A stretch of 64,000 nucleotides of DNA, taken from positions 288,001-352,000 of the forward strand of contig CAXXDQ010000004.1 of NCBI GenBank assembly GCA_963664325.2, given 5' to 3'. The notes under the pieces are model-generated. The model had not been told where the DNA came from, made no database searches, and saw only the letters and a list, made by a program, of their open reading frames with translations. The stretch comes from Desulfomonilia bacterium. Its GTDB lineage: Bacteria; Desulfobacterota; Desulfomonilia; UBA1062. Positions 36,705 through 47,065 of the stretch are shown piece after piece. Every line of letters begins with the position of its first letter. Positions within the stretch are counted from its first letter, which is position 1. The position numbers and the translations under genes are program-made.

Positions 36705-39700
36705 ATGAAAAGGGTTGTTTTTATCTTTCTGGCATTGTTTCCACTTATTTTCACAGGTTGCATCGTCTCTTCCACGCCCAAAGAATCATCGGTTGCAGTA
36801 TGGTATGGCGACCAACAGGCATTCCAGATAACTGTCTTTCCAAAAAGTGCCTCAACCGTATGGAAATTGGACGGTACAATTTGCTCTACAGGAAGTACTG
36901 AGTTCATCTATGCTCCACAGATTGGCACATCAACAAGCCATACCCTTGAAGTTGAGGAAAAGAGCTTCCTGGGAACACATAAACATACATGGACATTAAC
37001 CGATCAGGCTACTCCAGCAGCTTCAATTGAGAGAAAGAAGGCTTTGATAAACGCATCAGAGGGTGGAACAATAACAGTATCCGAAGAAGAAAGTTTATAT
37101 TCCAGCCGGCTTGAAGTTATCATACCCCCTGATGCATTGTCACAGGACACTGAGATAACCATAGGAGACCTGGTTGCTGCGATACCTCAGGCTCCTGCAG
37201 ACTATGTGCATGGAGGACTGCCCATCGAGCTGAAACCGGACGGATTAACCTTTAACAAACCGGTTACATTGAAAATACCGTTCAAAGATGATGAGATGTT
37301 CTATGCCGGGGCAACTGATCCGAACTCTGTCATGATAGCCTATTATGACCAGACCACTATGCGATGGGAATCCGTGGATATCGTATCAATAGACACTCAG
37401 AACAAGTACATCATCGTGAATACGACGCATTTCAGCTTGTGGCAGAAGTTCTGGCCTTTTGGCAACAACAAGAAAGATCCAAAACCAGTCACCCATGATG
37501 ACATCAGAAATTATGTCCAGAACACCTGGGGTGTGGTGGGAAATATTGATGATATCAATGCCCTCATTAATGATCAGAGTCTTGACGTACCCTATGCAGG
37601 TCTTATAGGCGGCCTTCTTACCTGGGAATCCATGTGGGATTCCATCGGCAACAAGGATTATTCCCGCGCCATAAATGAGGGCCTGGTATTTACTGGCGAG
37701 TTTATTCTATCTGAAACCGGATACCTGTTTGCTAGCTCTATTGTCGGCCTTTCAAGTCTTTCCTATAAGTTAATGGATTCATATGCCAATATGCTTGATG
37801 ATTCGGCATTCAATGTCCAGACAAGTTTCTATGTGCAATGGAGGACGCAGGGTGTCACCAGGGAGGAACTGGCAAAAAAAGGTGGAGACTTCACGGATGA
37901 CAACGGATGGGTATTGAATCCTTCAGGGAGCTATTCATGGCACCCGGCTTTCAATACGAAATTGCAGCCGGAGGTCATCTGGGCTGAAGGAGAGTATCTC
38001 TTCCAGATGGGTAAAGCCAAGGAACGGACAGTTGAAGAAAGTAATACCCTGAAGAATAGTTTCATAAATGACCTTGCAGAAATTGTAGCTCAAAAAAACC
38101 CTGTGGCCACATTCACGATTTCGCCCTCTCGCTATGGCAATCCGCCCTATTCAGTCACACTTGATCCCAGCGGAAGCAGTGCCAAGGAGAATGCTACAAT
38201 CACCCAGTACCGTTGGAAGATCAACAGCGAGGTAATAATAAAGAATTCTCCGGAAGTTATTTCACGCACTTTCGACAAACCCGGGGACTACCCTGTCTGT
38301 CTTGATGTCACTGACAGCAACGGACGCATATCTTATGCATGTGATATAATCTCTGTGGCAAACAAGAATCCCAACGATCAGCCTCCCACAGCTGATTTCA
38401 CATACACCCTCACCGACCAGAATTATCTGACATTGAAGGTGGACGCATCACCATCACATGATCCAGATGGTTCTATCATTTCCTATGAATGGTCCCTTGG
38501 TGACGGGCACATCAAACGTGGAATGCAGGTCGATGAAACATATGATGCTCCAGGGTGGTACACAATAGAACTCAGAGTGACGGATAACAACTTAATTACT
38601 ACGCGGTTAAGCAAGAAGATCCTCCTGGGAAATGCTTCTCCTATAGCTGAGGCTGGTCCCAATCAATCGGTTCAGCCCGGGGTAACTGTGACTCTCGATG
38701 GATCAGGATCGTCGGACCCGGACAACAACATTGTTTCGTATCACTGGCAGCAGACTGGTGGACCTACTATTACACTCTCGGATCCCAATGTGGTCAATCC
38801 TCAGTTTGTTGCTCCCGGTTTGCCAAGTGGGGCTGTTCTAGTCTTCAAATTGTTAGTAACGGATGCGGGTGGTTTTCAATCAACTGATACGTGCCTTGTT
38901 ACAGTACAACCATCAGGGCCAATAATTACCTTTCAGGGAATGTATGGTGGCTCAGGTGGCGATAGTGGATGGCCATCGATCATGCAAACGAAGGATGGGG
39001 GTTATATAGTCGTTAGTTCTTCAGAGTCTGTAGACATACAAGGTGTTACCAATCATGGAAGTACTGATATGTATATTGTTAAATTGGATGCCTATGGAGA
39101 TGTCGTATGGCAAAAGATGTATGGCGGTTTAGCGGATGATTATCCTCTTTCTGTCCAACAAGATACTGATGGTGACTACATGGTCGCAGGTTTTTCGAGA
39201 TCCAGTGATATTGTAGGTGTCACCAATCATGGCTGGTATGACTATTATGTATTAAAGCTCGATACCAACGGTGAGATCATTTGGCAGAAAATGTACGGTG
39301 GATCTGGTGACGATAGAGCCACTTCCATCAAGCAGACAATCGATGGGGGTTATATAGTCGTCGGTGTTGCGCAATCAAACATCATACCGGGAGTCATATA
39401 TCATGGTGGATACTCCGATGTATATGTCATCAAACTTAGTAAAAATGGTGATGTCGTCTGGCAGAAAACGTATGGTGGGAATTATGATGATATTGCTAAT
39501 GATATTCAACTCACTAGCGATGGAAGTTACATAATCGCTGGTGAATCAAGTTCCACAGACATCCCTGGTACTGTTAATCATGGTGGAGCTTATGATTCTT
39601 ATATTTTAAAAATAAATTCTGATGGGGATGTAATTTGGCAGCAATTGTATGGCACTATAGAGGATGATCGTGCTTTTTCCATTTGTTTGACAACTGGTGG

Positions 39701-40124
39701 AGGATACATGTTCACAGGATGGCAGACCCCAAACGATATCCCTGTAACTAGATTGGATGCTAACGGCGGATTAATCTGGCGGAAAATGTATGGAGGATCA
39801 GAACCCGAGCTATCTTGGCACATAACGCAAGCAAGCGATGGGGGGTATATCATTGCTGGAGAATCTTATTCTACAGACATCGTTGGCACTATCAACCATG
39901 GAACTTGGGATGCATACTTATTTGAGGTGGATATTAATGGTGAAGTAGCGTGGCAGCGATTGTATGGCGGTTCAAGTGTTGATAAAGCCTATGATATAAA
40001 ACAGACATTCGACGGTGGATACATCATCGCTGGAGGATCAAGTTCTACCGATATACCGGGAGTAATCAATTCTGGATCAAATGATCTTTATATAATTAAG
40101 ATCAATAGTGATGGAAATTTTTGA
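36705..40124 (+). CDS. Paralogous large surface lipoprotein with the same architecture
   Basis: Lipobox FTGC; IPPDAL..PDGLTFNKPV..THFS; three PKD-like units; WQKMYGG..QT.DGGYI repeats with NHG inserts; GAGGAGG RBS. Confidence 0.8.
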   Translation: MKRVVFIFLALFPLIFTGCIVSSTPKESSVAVWYGDQQAFQITVFPKSASTVWKLDGTICSTGSTEFIYAPQIGTSTSHTLEVEEKSFLGTHKHTWTLTDQATPAASIERKKALINASEGGTITVSEEESLYSSRLEVIIPPDALSQDTEITIGDLVAAIPQAPADYVHGGLPIELKPDGLTFNKPVTLKIPFKDDEMFYAGATDPNSVMIAYYDQTTMRWESVDIVSIDTQNKYIIVNTTHFSLWQKFWPFGNNKKDPKPVTHDDIRNYVQNTWGVVGNIDDINALINDQSLDVPYAGLIGGLLTWESMWDSIGNKDYSRAINEGLVFTGEFILSETGYLFASSIVGLSSLSYKLMDSYANMLDDSAFNVQTSFYVQWRTQGVTREELAKKGGDFTDDNGWVLNPSGSYSWHPAFNTKLQPEVIWAEGEYLFQMGKAKERTVEESNTLKNSFINDLAEIVAQKNPVATFTISPSRYGNPPYSVTLDPSGSSAKENATITQYRWKINSEVIIKNSPEVISRTFDKPGDYPVCLDVTDSNGRISYACDIISVANKNPNDQPPTADFTYTLTDQNYLTLKVDASPSHDPDGSIISYEWSLGDGHIKRGMQVDETYDAPGWYTIELRVTDNNLITTRLSKKILLGNASPIAEAGPNQSVQPGVTVTLDGSGSSDPDNNIVSYHWQQTGGPTITLSDPNVVNPQFVAPGLPSGAVLVFKLLVTDAGGFQSTDTCLVTVQPSGPIITFQGMYGGSGGDSGWPSIMQTKDGGYIVVSSSESVDIQGVTNHGSTDMYIVKLDAYGDVVWQKMYGGLADDYPLSVQQDTDGDYMVAGFSRSSDIVGVTNHGWYDYYVLKLDTNGEIIWQKMYGGSGDDRATSIKQTIDGGYIVVGVAQSNIIPGVIYHGGYSDVYVIKLSKNGDVVWQKTYGGNYDDIANDIQLTSDGSYIIAGESSSTDIPGTVNHGGAYDSYILKINSDGDVIWQQLYGTIEDDRAFSICLTTGGGYMFTGWQTPNDIPVTRLDANGGLIWRKMYGGSEPELSWHITQASDGGYIIAGESYSTDIVGTINHGTWDAYLFEVDINGEVAWQRLYGGSSVDKAYDIKQTFDGGYIIAGGSSSTDIPGVINSGSNDLYIIKINSDGNF

Positions 40125-40512
40125 AGTAGATGAACTTAAGCAATAAAAAATGGGATTGGTGGTTTTACTGCCGGGTATGGGAATGACACTATATGTGTCA
40201 AGGCATTCTATCTTGATGGGTCGAGTAGCAATTGTGGAATAAGCCATATCAGGCCTTTATCCTTGCAAATATTGAAATGACATCTTTAATAAAACATCTC
40301 TCAAACTGCACATATCTGCGATATATCTTTATTCATTGCTCAATCTCCGGGATTATAATCTGCTGAAGATATCTCTGTTTTTCCATGGGGTAACAATGAC
40401 ATTATGCTGGAAATAATCATAGTCCATATCTTTTATTTATCAGACCGGATTGCGACTGATACAAATGATTTCAAGGCAACAGGATTTTCTATGAAGGAAT
40501 CTTGCCGGGATG

Positions 40513-40770
40513 TTATTTCTTCCTGTTGGCGGCGATATATTCGACCATGGTCCCGAAAGTCTTGAACACTTTTGCGCCGAGTTCCTTGTTGTCGATCTTG
40601 ATGCCGTAATCTTCTTCAATCATTATGACCAGTTCAAGTATGTCAATGGAATCGATCCCGAGGCCCTCGCCTATCATGGGGGTTTCTCCGTCTATTTCCT
40701 CGGGTGTTATGTCTTTGATATTGAGCCTTTCCAGGACCTTCAGCTTGAGTTCTTCCATCAAATCGTTCAT
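40513..40770 (-). CDS. Acyl carrier protein (polyene/aryl-polyene type)
   Basis: Acidic ~85 aa protein with GEGLGIDSIDILEL phosphopantetheine site. Confidence 0.93.
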   Translation of the reverse strand: MNDLMEELKLKVLERLNIKDITPEEIDGETPMIGEGLGIDSIDILELVIMIEEDYGIKIDNKELGAKVFKTFGTMVEYIAANRKK

Positions 40771-40832
40771 CAATGATTACCGCCCGTCATAATGTAATCT
40801 GCTTTACTACAAAGAAGGCTTAATATATAAAT

Positions 40833-40848
40833 TGAAAACCGGTTTTCA
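40833..40848. promoter_or_regulatory. Perfect 16-bp palindrome, candidate operator in the divergent acp/radical-SAM promoter region
   Basis: TGAAAACCGGTTTTCA is its own reverse complement. Confidence 0.5.
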
Positions 40849-40883
40849 GTCAACAGCTATAGTTTTTTTAGGGGGACAACCAG

Positions 40884-42131
40884 TTGAAATTTCATATAAT
40901 TTATCCAAGGTGGCCAAAGCTTAAATATCAGACCGAATTCAACCTGCCCCCGCTTGGCGTGATTACTGCGGCCGCTTCGGTCCCGGAGGGAACTGATGTT
41001 TTCATCACCGATGAAAATGTCCAGGAAGTCGATATGGACCGGGATTGCGACCTCGTGGGAATCGGCTGCATGCTTACCTGCCAGGCTCCCAGGGCGTATG
41101 AGCTGGCCGCCGAGTTCAGGAAAAAAGGAAAGAAGGTCGTTATGGGAGGCCTTCATGTGGCGCTTTGTCCCGAAGAGGCCGCTCTTCATGCCGATTCCAT
41201 AGTTGTAGGCGAGGGCGAGGGGCTTATAGAACAGATGCTCTCCGACTTTCAGGACGGCAGGCTGAAGGCTTCATACGTAATGAAGTCCTTTCCTGATATC
41301 AACAATATCCCCAATCCCAGGCGGGATCTCTTTGACAAGAAAAGGCACTACTCGCATAAGGGCTGGGAGCTTGTCGATCTTGTTCAGACATCACGCGGGT
41401 GCCGCTTCAACTGCTACCCATGCTGCGTCCCGTATCTGGGAGGACGCGTGCACCGGACCAGGCCGATCGGCCATGTCCTTAGCGATATTGAAGCCGCATC
41501 GGACAGGCTCTTTATCGTGGACAATTCCCTTGAGCAGAGCATCCCCTGGCAGAAGGAACTGTTCACGGCGATGAGGGGAATGGGCAAGGACTGGGTGGCA
41601 CACCCCATCTCTGCGGAGCCGGAGTTGCTCAAGCTGGCCAAAGATGCCGGCTGCTGGTATGTCTATCATGCCGTCTATACGATATCCGACAAGATAAAGG
41701 ACCGGATCAAGCTTTATCATGACCACGGCATCGGCGTTGAGGGCACAATCCTTCTGGGCATGGATGAGCATACCGAAGACTTCCTGAAGCGCTTCATCGA
41801 TTTTCTCCTGGAGATCAACCTCGACCTGGCTGAATTCACCGTCCTCACGCCCTTTCCCAGAACCCGGGTCTGGGACGAACTCCAGGCACAGGGCCGGATC
41901 ATCGATACGAACTGGGCCAGATACAATGCCGGAAACGTCGTATTCAAACCTCTTCAGATGAGCCCGGAAAGGCTTCAGGAGCTGTATGATTATGCCTGGG
42001 ACTCCTTCTATCGAGAGCAGCCGCAAAGCGTGAAAATGACAAAACTCATTACTAATCTCCTCAGGGAAAAGCGCAGGAAGGAACGGCTGGGCCCGGGTAT
42101 TGAAAAGAACAGCTCCATTCCGGGGGACTGA
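40884..42131 (+). CDS. B12-binding domain radical SAM protein
   Basis: PPLG, MGGLH, VVGEGE cobalamin-binding domain; SRGCRFNCYPC; LTPFP.T; TTG start after GGGGG. Confidence 0.9.
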   Translation: MKFHIIYPRWPKLKYQTEFNLPPLGVITAAASVPEGTDVFITDENVQEVDMDRDCDLVGIGCMLTCQAPRAYELAAEFRKKGKKVVMGGLHVALCPEEAALHADSIVVGEGEGLIEQMLSDFQDGRLKASYVMKSFPDINNIPNPRRDLFDKKRHYSHKGWELVDLVQTSRGCRFNCYPCCVPYLGGRVHRTRPIGHVLSDIEAASDRLFIVDNSLEQSIPWQKELFTAMRGMGKDWVAHPISAEPELLKLAKDAGCWYVYHAVYTISDKIKDRIKLYHDHGIGVEGTILLGMDEHTEDFLKRFIDFLLEINLDLAEFTVLTPFPRTRVWDELQAQGRIIDTNWARYNAGNVVFKPLQMSPERLQELYDYAWDSFYREQPQSVKMTKLITNLLREKRRKERLGPGIEKNSSIPGD

Positions 42132-42133
42132 AC

Positions 42134-44287
42134 ATGCCGAGGGCCTTTATTACAGGTCTTGGTCTGGTTTCTCCTGCAGGCGCAAACGCCGATGAGCATC
42201 TTTCTTCCCTTCGGGAAGGCAGAACATTCATAAAAAAGCTTTCCCGTTTCCGGTTCGAGGCCGCCGAGGACGCCTTTCCTGCGGGTGAAATCGCGTTTCC
42301 CGTCAATGAAATGCCCGGGCTTCCCAGGACGCATGCCCTGGCAATCATGGCTGCAATGGAGGCCGTCAGGGGTTCAGGCCCGCCTGATGCCGTTATAATC
42401 GGATGCACAACAGGCGGCATGCCGCTCACTGAAGAATATTTAAAGGATAATATCAAGGCCCCTTTGGCCTATAAATATCACGGGACCGGGACCGTTGCGG
42501 AATATGTCGCACAGGAGCTCGGATGCACGGGCCCCGGCCTTACGGTTTCAACGGCCTGCTCGAGCGGCGCGCTGGCGCTGAAAACAGGCCTTGAAATGAT
42601 ACGCTCGGGCCGGGCCGGAAAGGTCCTTGCAGGCGGGGTGGACGCCCTGTGCAGGCTTACATGCTACGGGTTCTACACGCTTCAGCTCATTGACCCTTCA
42701 GGCTGCCGGCCCCTGGACAAGAGCAGGCTCGGAATGACAGTAGGCGAAGGCGCAGGCATGCTGCTCCTTGAGGCGGCTGATACACCGCCGGCAAATGCAA
42801 TCGCCGAACTGAGAGGCGGAGGCCTCAGCTGCGACGCCTATCATGCGACAAAACCGCATCCCGACGGCGACGGCGCAATAGCGGCCATGAACGCATGCCT
42901 TAGCGATGCAGGCATCGAGCCTGTGGAGGTGGATTATATAAACCTTCACGGCACCGGCACGCTTGACAACGATGCGGCAGAGGCAAAGGCCGTGCTGAAA
43001 GTGTTCGGCGGAAAACCGCCTCTTCTGTCCTCGACAAAAGGCCTTGCAGGCCATCCGCTGGCCGCAGCCGGTGCGATTGAGGCTGGTTTCGCCTTCCTTG
43101 CCGTAAAGCATGGTTTCGTGCCGCCCAATATTGGATTTTCCCAGACGGACGAATCCCTTGGCATTGTTCCGGTTTCCCGGGCTTTAAACGTTGGAATAGA
43201 TACTGTATTGTCAAATTCATTCGGCTTCGGCGGAAACAACGCTTCCCTTGTAATTTCAAAACCGGCTGTTACCGGTGCAATTGATATAAACAGGCCGCGA
43301 AACCTTAAGGTCAAAGGCGTTTCCCTGATCACAGGCGCCGGCCATACGGCCGAGACCCTGATCATGCTGGAAAAGGGGCTGCCCTGCGCGGGCAGACTGG
43401 CAATTGAGGCTGTTGCCAAAGACCTTCCTCCGCGTCTTGTCAGAAGGCTGGGCAGACTCTCCCAGATCGTACTGGCCCTGAGCGAGGCCGCATACAAGGA
43501 CTCCGGTGAGGCAGAAAAACCCGGGTCCGTTTATTTCGGAACCGGATGGGGCGCCCTCAGCGAGACAAGCGACTTTCTCGCTAAAATTTTCGAGACCGGA
43601 GGCAAATACGGCAGCCCAACGGATTTTGTGGGCTCGGTTCACAATGCCCCTGCAGGCCAGGCGGCTTTGTTTTTCGGAGCAAAGGGCGCCAATGTCTCGG
43701 CCACTTCAGGTGATTCAAGCTTTGAGCAGGCTCTCTTCATGGCGCAGATGCTCATCGAAAAGGGCGGAGGTGATGCCATACTTATCGGCGCCGACGAATT
43801 CCATGAGGAAATGACCCCTCTGCTGGATGCTTCATCCGCCCTTTCTCCAAGCCCGTCGGACGGAGGGGCGGCCCTGCTCGTAAGTGCAGATGAAGCGCTT
43901 CCCGGCCCTTCATTAAACCTGGTTTTCTATGAAAGAACTTCTGAAGAGCTGCTGATAAGGTTTATTGAAAGGCTTAAGGCAGCCGGGATAGATAAACGCT
44001 TTGCCGCCATATTTGCAGGAATTCCCGCTAAAGAAAACGGCCTTGCCAGATCGCAGATTGAAAAGATTATGAAGGAAACGGCCTTTTCAGGTCCTTTTTT
44101 CGACTACAGGAAATTTTTCGGCCAGTTCGCTACATCAGGCGCCGTGGCTGCGGCTTATGCAGCGGACTGTGTCAGGAAAGGGGCTTTGCCCTTTCTCATC
44201 GCAAACGGGAATGGAGCTCTCGCCGGACGCGGGATCCTTCTGCTCGGGCTCGGCGGAACATTAAGCGCCATAGAAATTACCCCGTAA
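42134..44287 (+). CDS. Fused ketosynthase + chain-length-factor (KS-CLF)
   Basis: N-half STACSSG, HGTGT, GH, SNSFGFGG; C-half non-catalytic thiolase fold with RRLGRLS and SPTDFVGSVHNAPAG typical of aryl-polyene CLFs. Confidence 0.85.
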   Translation: MPRAFITGLGLVSPAGANADEHLSSLREGRTFIKKLSRFRFEAAEDAFPAGEIAFPVNEMPGLPRTHALAIMAAMEAVRGSGPPDAVIIGCTTGGMPLTEEYLKDNIKAPLAYKYHGTGTVAEYVAQELGCTGPGLTVSTACSSGALALKTGLEMIRSGRAGKVLAGGVDALCRLTCYGFYTLQLIDPSGCRPLDKSRLGMTVGEGAGMLLLEAADTPPANAIAELRGGGLSCDAYHATKPHPDGDGAIAAMNACLSDAGIEPVEVDYINLHGTGTLDNDAAEAKAVLKVFGGKPPLLSSTKGLAGHPLAAAGAIEAGFAFLAVKHGFVPPNIGFSQTDESLGIVPVSRALNVGIDTVLSNSFGFGGNNASLVISKPAVTGAIDINRPRNLKVKGVSLITGAGHTAETLIMLEKGLPCAGRLAIEAVAKDLPPRLVRRLGRLSQIVLALSEAAYKDSGEAEKPGSVYFGTGWGALSETSDFLAKIFETGGKYGSPTDFVGSVHNAPAGQAALFFGAKGANVSATSGDSSFEQALFMAQMLIEKGGGDAILIGADEFHEEMTPLLDASSALSPSPSDGGAALLVSADEALPGPSLNLVFYERTSEELLIRFIERLKAAGIDKRFAAIFAGIPAKENGLARSQIEKIMKETAFSGPFFDYRKFFGQFATSGAVAAAYAADCVRKGALPFLIANGNGALAGRGILLLGLGGTLSAIEITP

Positions 44288-44297
44288 TCATCCGGCC

Positions 44298-45644
44298 ATG
44301 AAAGTCCTGTTGATTTCAGCAAACAAAGTCAGCGTGCCTTTCCCGGTATATCCGATCGGTCTTGATTACCTGGCAGGCGCTCTTAAGCCGGGACATATTG
44401 TCAGACTGCTCGATCTCATGGACAAGGATGCGGCAACGGCAGTCCCTCTTGAGATAAACGATTTTATGCCGGACTGCATAGGCCTTTCAATACGTAATAT
44501 AGACAACAGCGAGGCCACGGACTCCAAAAGTTATATCGATGAATATAAGGAAATTGCCCAAATTATCCGTGGTGCAACCGGTGTGCCTCTGATACTGGGA
44601 GGGGCCGGTTTTTCCCTGTTCCCCGGGAGACTCTTGACCGACCTGGGAGCCGATTACGGCATTGCGGGCGAGGGCGAGCGCCTGCCTGCCCTTTTGGACG
44701 CCCTAGGAAAAGGCGTCGACGCCCTGAAGATTCCGGGTGTCATATCCGCCGGAGCACAACCAGAAAGGCCCCGACCCTGGGATGGAGAGATCAGAAGGGA
44801 TCTGCCCGTAAATAATGCATCAAGCTCATTTTACATTCAGAACTCCGGCATGCTCAATCTGCAGACAAAGCGCGGATGCCCGTTCAACTGCATATACTGC
44901 ACTTATCCTGTAATAGAGGGCTCCCATATCAGACCCGCTGACCCCGGGCTTTGCGCTGGCACAGCCCTCGGGCTTAAAGAAAGCGGGGCAAAATATATCT
45001 ATATTGCAGACAGCGTTTTCAACTCGGATCAAGAGCACTGCCTTAAGATAGCCGATGAATTTACCAGGGCCGGGCTTGATATCCCATGGGGCGGGTTTTT
45101 CGCTCCCTTAAAGGGGCAGGAGGGGCTGTATCGAATACTCAAAAAGGCAGGGCTCTCGCATGTTGAATTCGGTACGGAGTCGCTGTCCGGGCGCATGCTG
45201 TCGTCCTACCGCAAGCCTTTCGAGGTAAGAGATGTTTTCAGTGCGCACGAATCGGCAAAAAAGGCGGGCCTGAATGTCTGCCACTATTTCCTGCTCGGAG
45301 GTCCGGGAGAGAGCCTTGACAGCATTGAAGAAACGCTTGAGAATGCCGAAAGGCTGGTTTCGGCGGTTTTTTTCTTTTTCTGCGGGATAAGGATATACCC
45401 CGGGACCGAGCTTTACAATATTGCGCTTGCCGAGGGCCGGGTTTCACCTGATGATAGTCTGCTCAAGCCAGTTTACTATCAGGCGGACGGCGTTTCCCCG
45501 TCCGAGATTGAGGACATGATAATTAAAAAGGCGGCCGGAAGAAGGAACTGGGTCATAGGTTCGGGCGGCAGCGAGATGAACAGGATTATGGCAAGGCTCT
45601 ATTCAAGAGGCCGGGTCGGGCCGCTATGGGAAAAGCTTATTTGA
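44298..45644 (+). CDS. Lipid-biosynthesis B12-binding/radical SAM protein (ladderane-island type)
   Basis: LLISAN..PFPVYPIG, SIRNIDN, QTKRGCPFNCIYCTYP, IRIYP.T; matches my recollection of the TIGR04072-type family. Confidence 0.8.
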   Translation: MKVLLISANKVSVPFPVYPIGLDYLAGALKPGHIVRLLDLMDKDAATAVPLEINDFMPDCIGLSIRNIDNSEATDSKSYIDEYKEIAQIIRGATGVPLILGGAGFSLFPGRLLTDLGADYGIAGEGERLPALLDALGKGVDALKIPGVISAGAQPERPRPWDGEIRRDLPVNNASSSFYIQNSGMLNLQTKRGCPFNCIYCTYPVIEGSHIRPADPGLCAGTALGLKESGAKYIYIADSVFNSDQEHCLKIADEFTRAGLDIPWGGFFAPLKGQEGLYRILKKAGLSHVEFGTESLSGRMLSSYRKPFEVRDVFSAHESAKKAGLNVCHYFLLGGPGESLDSIEETLENAERLVSAVFFFFCGIRIYPGTELYNIALAEGRVSPDDSLLKPVYYQADGVSPSEIEDMIIKKAAGRRNWVIGSGGSEMNRIMARLYSRGRVGPLWEKLI

Positions 45645-45645
45645 T

Positions 45646-47013
45646 ATGGGCAGAAATAATAAATCAGAAATCAACAGTCAGATCACTGGCTTTCTTGAGG
45701 GGCTTTCTGATAATTCCGGCTTTGATTATGTTTCAGGAGGGGCAGAAAGTTTCAGCCTGTTTGGAAAAGCAGCGATAATCAGGAATGCGCTTGTAAGTGC
45801 TGCACTGCAGGAAAAGTCCGTTTGCATCTGCACCGAAGACAGGGGTTTTATTATGGCGGCAATCCTGGCTGCGCTTGCCGGCGGGCCGGATTTGATATTG
45901 CCTCATGTCACGACGGAACAGGTTATTATTGATGCCTGCAAGGCAAGAAAAACACAAACAGTCCTTTCAGACGCCAGGCAAAAACTGAACGAGCACCTGC
46001 TGCAGATTATTCCAGATAATAGCGAGGCATCTGCAAAACCCTTAAGCTTTTCAAGGGACATCTCTTGCCCGTTTTTATGGCTTTACTCGGGAGGTTCTAC
46101 GGGACGGCCTATAATCTGGCCCAAGACCCCTTTGAACCTTTTGGGAGAGGCTTTTTTCCTTAAAGAATATTTTAAAATAACCCGTGAGGACATCCTTCTT
46201 GCATCCGTCTCTCCCAGACACATTTACGGGCTGCTCTTCTCCGTGCTCCTTCCTTTTGTCGCCCAGGCCCGCGTCATCAACGATTCTCCGGTGTTTCCGG
46301 GAGAGATTATCAGCTCAGCAGCATCAAGCAGGGCGACAGTCTATATAGGGGCGCCCATGCACTTTAAGGCGCTTGCAGCCGGCAATTCCAACCCGGGAAA
46401 TATCAGGCTGGCCTTTTCCTCGGGAGGATTTCTCGACAGAGCACACAGTCTGGCCTTTTCAAGGGCGGCCAAAGCGCCGGTTGAGGAGGTGTACGGGTCG
46501 ACTGAAACAGGCGGGATTGCGCACAGGAGCCGGGTGCGTGATGAAAACGAATTCAAACCTTTTCCCGTTGTCAAATGGAAGGTTGAAGATGAAAGGCTGT
46601 TCATTAAATCTCCGTTCATTTCCCCGGGCCTTCCTCTGGACGGGGAAGGCTATTTCAGGACAGGCGACAGGGTCAGCCCTTCCGGTGAAGGGTTTGAACT
46701 CCTGGGCAGGGTGGATAATGTCGTAAAGGTGGGAGGCAACCGTGTCGAGCTCGATGCAGTAGAACAGAAAATCAGGACATTAAAAGCCATCAAAGATATT
46801 TTTATAATTCAGGTCGCGGCGGAACAGGGGCGTGATAACGCGGTTGCAGCCATTGTTGTAGCAGATACGGATATAAAAGAATTAAGAAGGCTTTTCAGAA
46901 AAGTACTTAACCCTGTTGAAATGCCGCGGCATATCCTGAAGGTCGGCGCCATCCCCGTGACGCCCTCCGGCAAACGGGACAGGCAGGCCGCCCTGAGCCT
47001 GATTCAGGGATGA
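45646..47013 (+). CDS. AMP-dependent acyl-CoA/acyl-ACP synthetase (ApeH-like)
   Basis: YSGGSTG.P, HIYGLLF, EVYGSTETGGIA, TGD, GR.D..VK, PSGK. Confidence 0.85.
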   Translation: MGRNNKSEINSQITGFLEGLSDNSGFDYVSGGAESFSLFGKAAIIRNALVSAALQEKSVCICTEDRGFIMAAILAALAGGPDLILPHVTTEQVIIDACKARKTQTVLSDARQKLNEHLLQIIPDNSEASAKPLSFSRDISCPFLWLYSGGSTGRPIIWPKTPLNLLGEAFFLKEYFKITREDILLASVSPRHIYGLLFSVLLPFVAQARVINDSPVFPGEIISSAASSRATVYIGAPMHFKALAAGNSNPGNIRLAFSSGGFLDRAHSLAFSRAAKAPVEEVYGSTETGGIAHRSRVRDENEFKPFPVVKWKVEDERLFIKSPFISPGLPLDGEGYFRTGDRVSPSGEGFELLGRVDNVVKVGGNRVELDAVEQKIRTLKAIKDIFIIQVAAEQGRDNAVAAIVVADTDIKELRRLFRKVLNPVEMPRHILKVGAIPVTPSGKRDRQAALSLIQG

Positions 47014-47065
47014 TGTATTATCCTGCAGCCTGAACCGGCATCAATTCAGCTCAATCACTGATTTT

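Noticed and set aside
35560-40120. Periodic repeats as possible CRISPR or DGR-type elements
   Set aside because: They are degenerate in-frame protein repeats (propeller blades); no identical DNA repeats with spacers, no cas or reverse transcriptase gene.
40125-40512. Short frame containing FYLDGSSS as remnant of a third PKD gene
   Set aside because: Similarity is limited to a few residues and there is no start or RBS.
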